From the UHGV virus genome UHGV-1363143: a DNA stretch of 64,000 nt; one strand, given 5' to 3'. The translations under genes were made by a program, and so were the position numbers. The notes beneath the pieces are model-generated. The model did not search any database. It was not told the DNA's origin and worked only from the letters and a program-made list of their open reading frames with translations. Shown here piece by piece: positions 63,561 through 64,000 of the stretch; the stretch's first letter is position 1, and each line of letters starts with the position of its first letter. Origin of the DNA: a virus.

Positions 63561-64000
63561 TGGCCAGAAAGTCTACAGGTAATAAATTCAGTTCCATTGC
63601 TAATTCAACTCCTCGTAATTTACCATTTAGAGAAACTCTTACCATAGAAGATAGAATTGCATATGATAAGCTTAGTCCTGAGGAACAAAGTGGATATGAG
63701 CAGTTTTGTATTGATAATGTAAATAATAATAGTATTGAAGATTATCTTCACTATAGTAAATCAAAGTCTACTCCTAAAATAGTAACTAAAGCTACTAAAA
63801 ATACAACTAAACCTATTGAACAGCCAGTAGAAATAAATATATCAGAAACTAATATAAAAACTGATATAACTGATTATAATCCAGTTCAAAGTGTTCAAAG
63901 TATGATAAATAAAAACTTATCTATTGAAGAAGAAGCTGGTAAAAATATATCTGTTTATTTAAGTGCTGAAGCATTAAACGTAGTTTCTGTATATATGAAA
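63560..64000 (+). CDS. hypothetical protein, 5' part (possible partition partner of ParA), continues beyond the window
   Basis: ATG overlaps the parA stop (taATGg). The frame stays open to the window end and the protein is Lys/Asn-rich. Confidence 0.35.
   Translation, partial: MARKSTGNKFSSIANSTPRNLPFRETLTIEDRIAYDKLSPEEQSGYEQFCIDNVNNNSIEDYLHYSKSKSTPKIVTKATKNTTKPIEQPVEINISETNIKTDITDYNPVQSVQSMINKNLSIEEEAGKNISVYLSAEALNVVSVYMK

Overview
This is an AT-rich (about 28-30% GC by eye) Firmicutes/Clostridium-type large phage or phage-plasmid segment. Calls rest on protein motif recognition and manual RNA folding only; no searches were run.

Positions 1-49500 are almost entirely minus-strand genes forming a DNA metabolism, recombination and proteostasis module:
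- Chaperone and nucleotide metabolism: a GroEL homolog without GroES, the anaerobic ribonucleotide reductase pair NrdD/NrdG, thymidylate kinase, a family-4 UDG-like protein and peptide deformylase.
- Replication and transcription: a DnaG-like primase, an HU-like protein, an SNF2 helicase, a sigma-70 family factor and an AAA+ ATPase.
- Split helicase: a UvrD/PcrA-type helicase is interrupted by a roughly 580-nt ORF-less, GAAA-tetraloop-rich insert whose boundaries fit a group I intron.
- Recombination: RecA, a Sak4-like RecA paralog, a Rad52/Sak-like annealing protein, two SSBs and a type II topoisomerase (GyrB-like / SSB-like / GyrA-like).
- NAD salvage and toxin: a Nudix hydrolase, a NadR-like NMN adenylyltransferase / ribosylnicotinamide kinase, a PnuC transporter and a MazF/PemK-like toxin.
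- Proteostasis: ClpX, ClpP adjacent to an SPFH/prohibitin protein, and a PAPS-reductase-like PP-loop protein.

Positions 50040-53900 are an ORF-free, minus-strand tRNA cluster. It holds 11 canonical tRNAs (Asn, Thr, Glu, Lys, Ile, Tyr, Ser x2, Gln, Pro, Asp) and four aberrant tRNA-like elements: a Trp-anticodon tRNA with a long variable arm, a Leu-like tRNA with an 18-nt anticodon loop, and two fragments. Two 0.8-1.0 kb GC-enriched ORF-free blocks sit among them and look like structured RNA.

A GH73 + SH3 endolysin follows. From about 56000 to 64000 there is a plus-strand plasmid-like maintenance module: a ParM-like actin ATPase, a block of about nine ~24-bp iterons at ~32-bp spacing between two putative Rep/HTH genes, and a ParA ATPase plus a partial downstream partner. 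Another GC-rich ORF-free ncRNA candidate lies at about 56230-56600.
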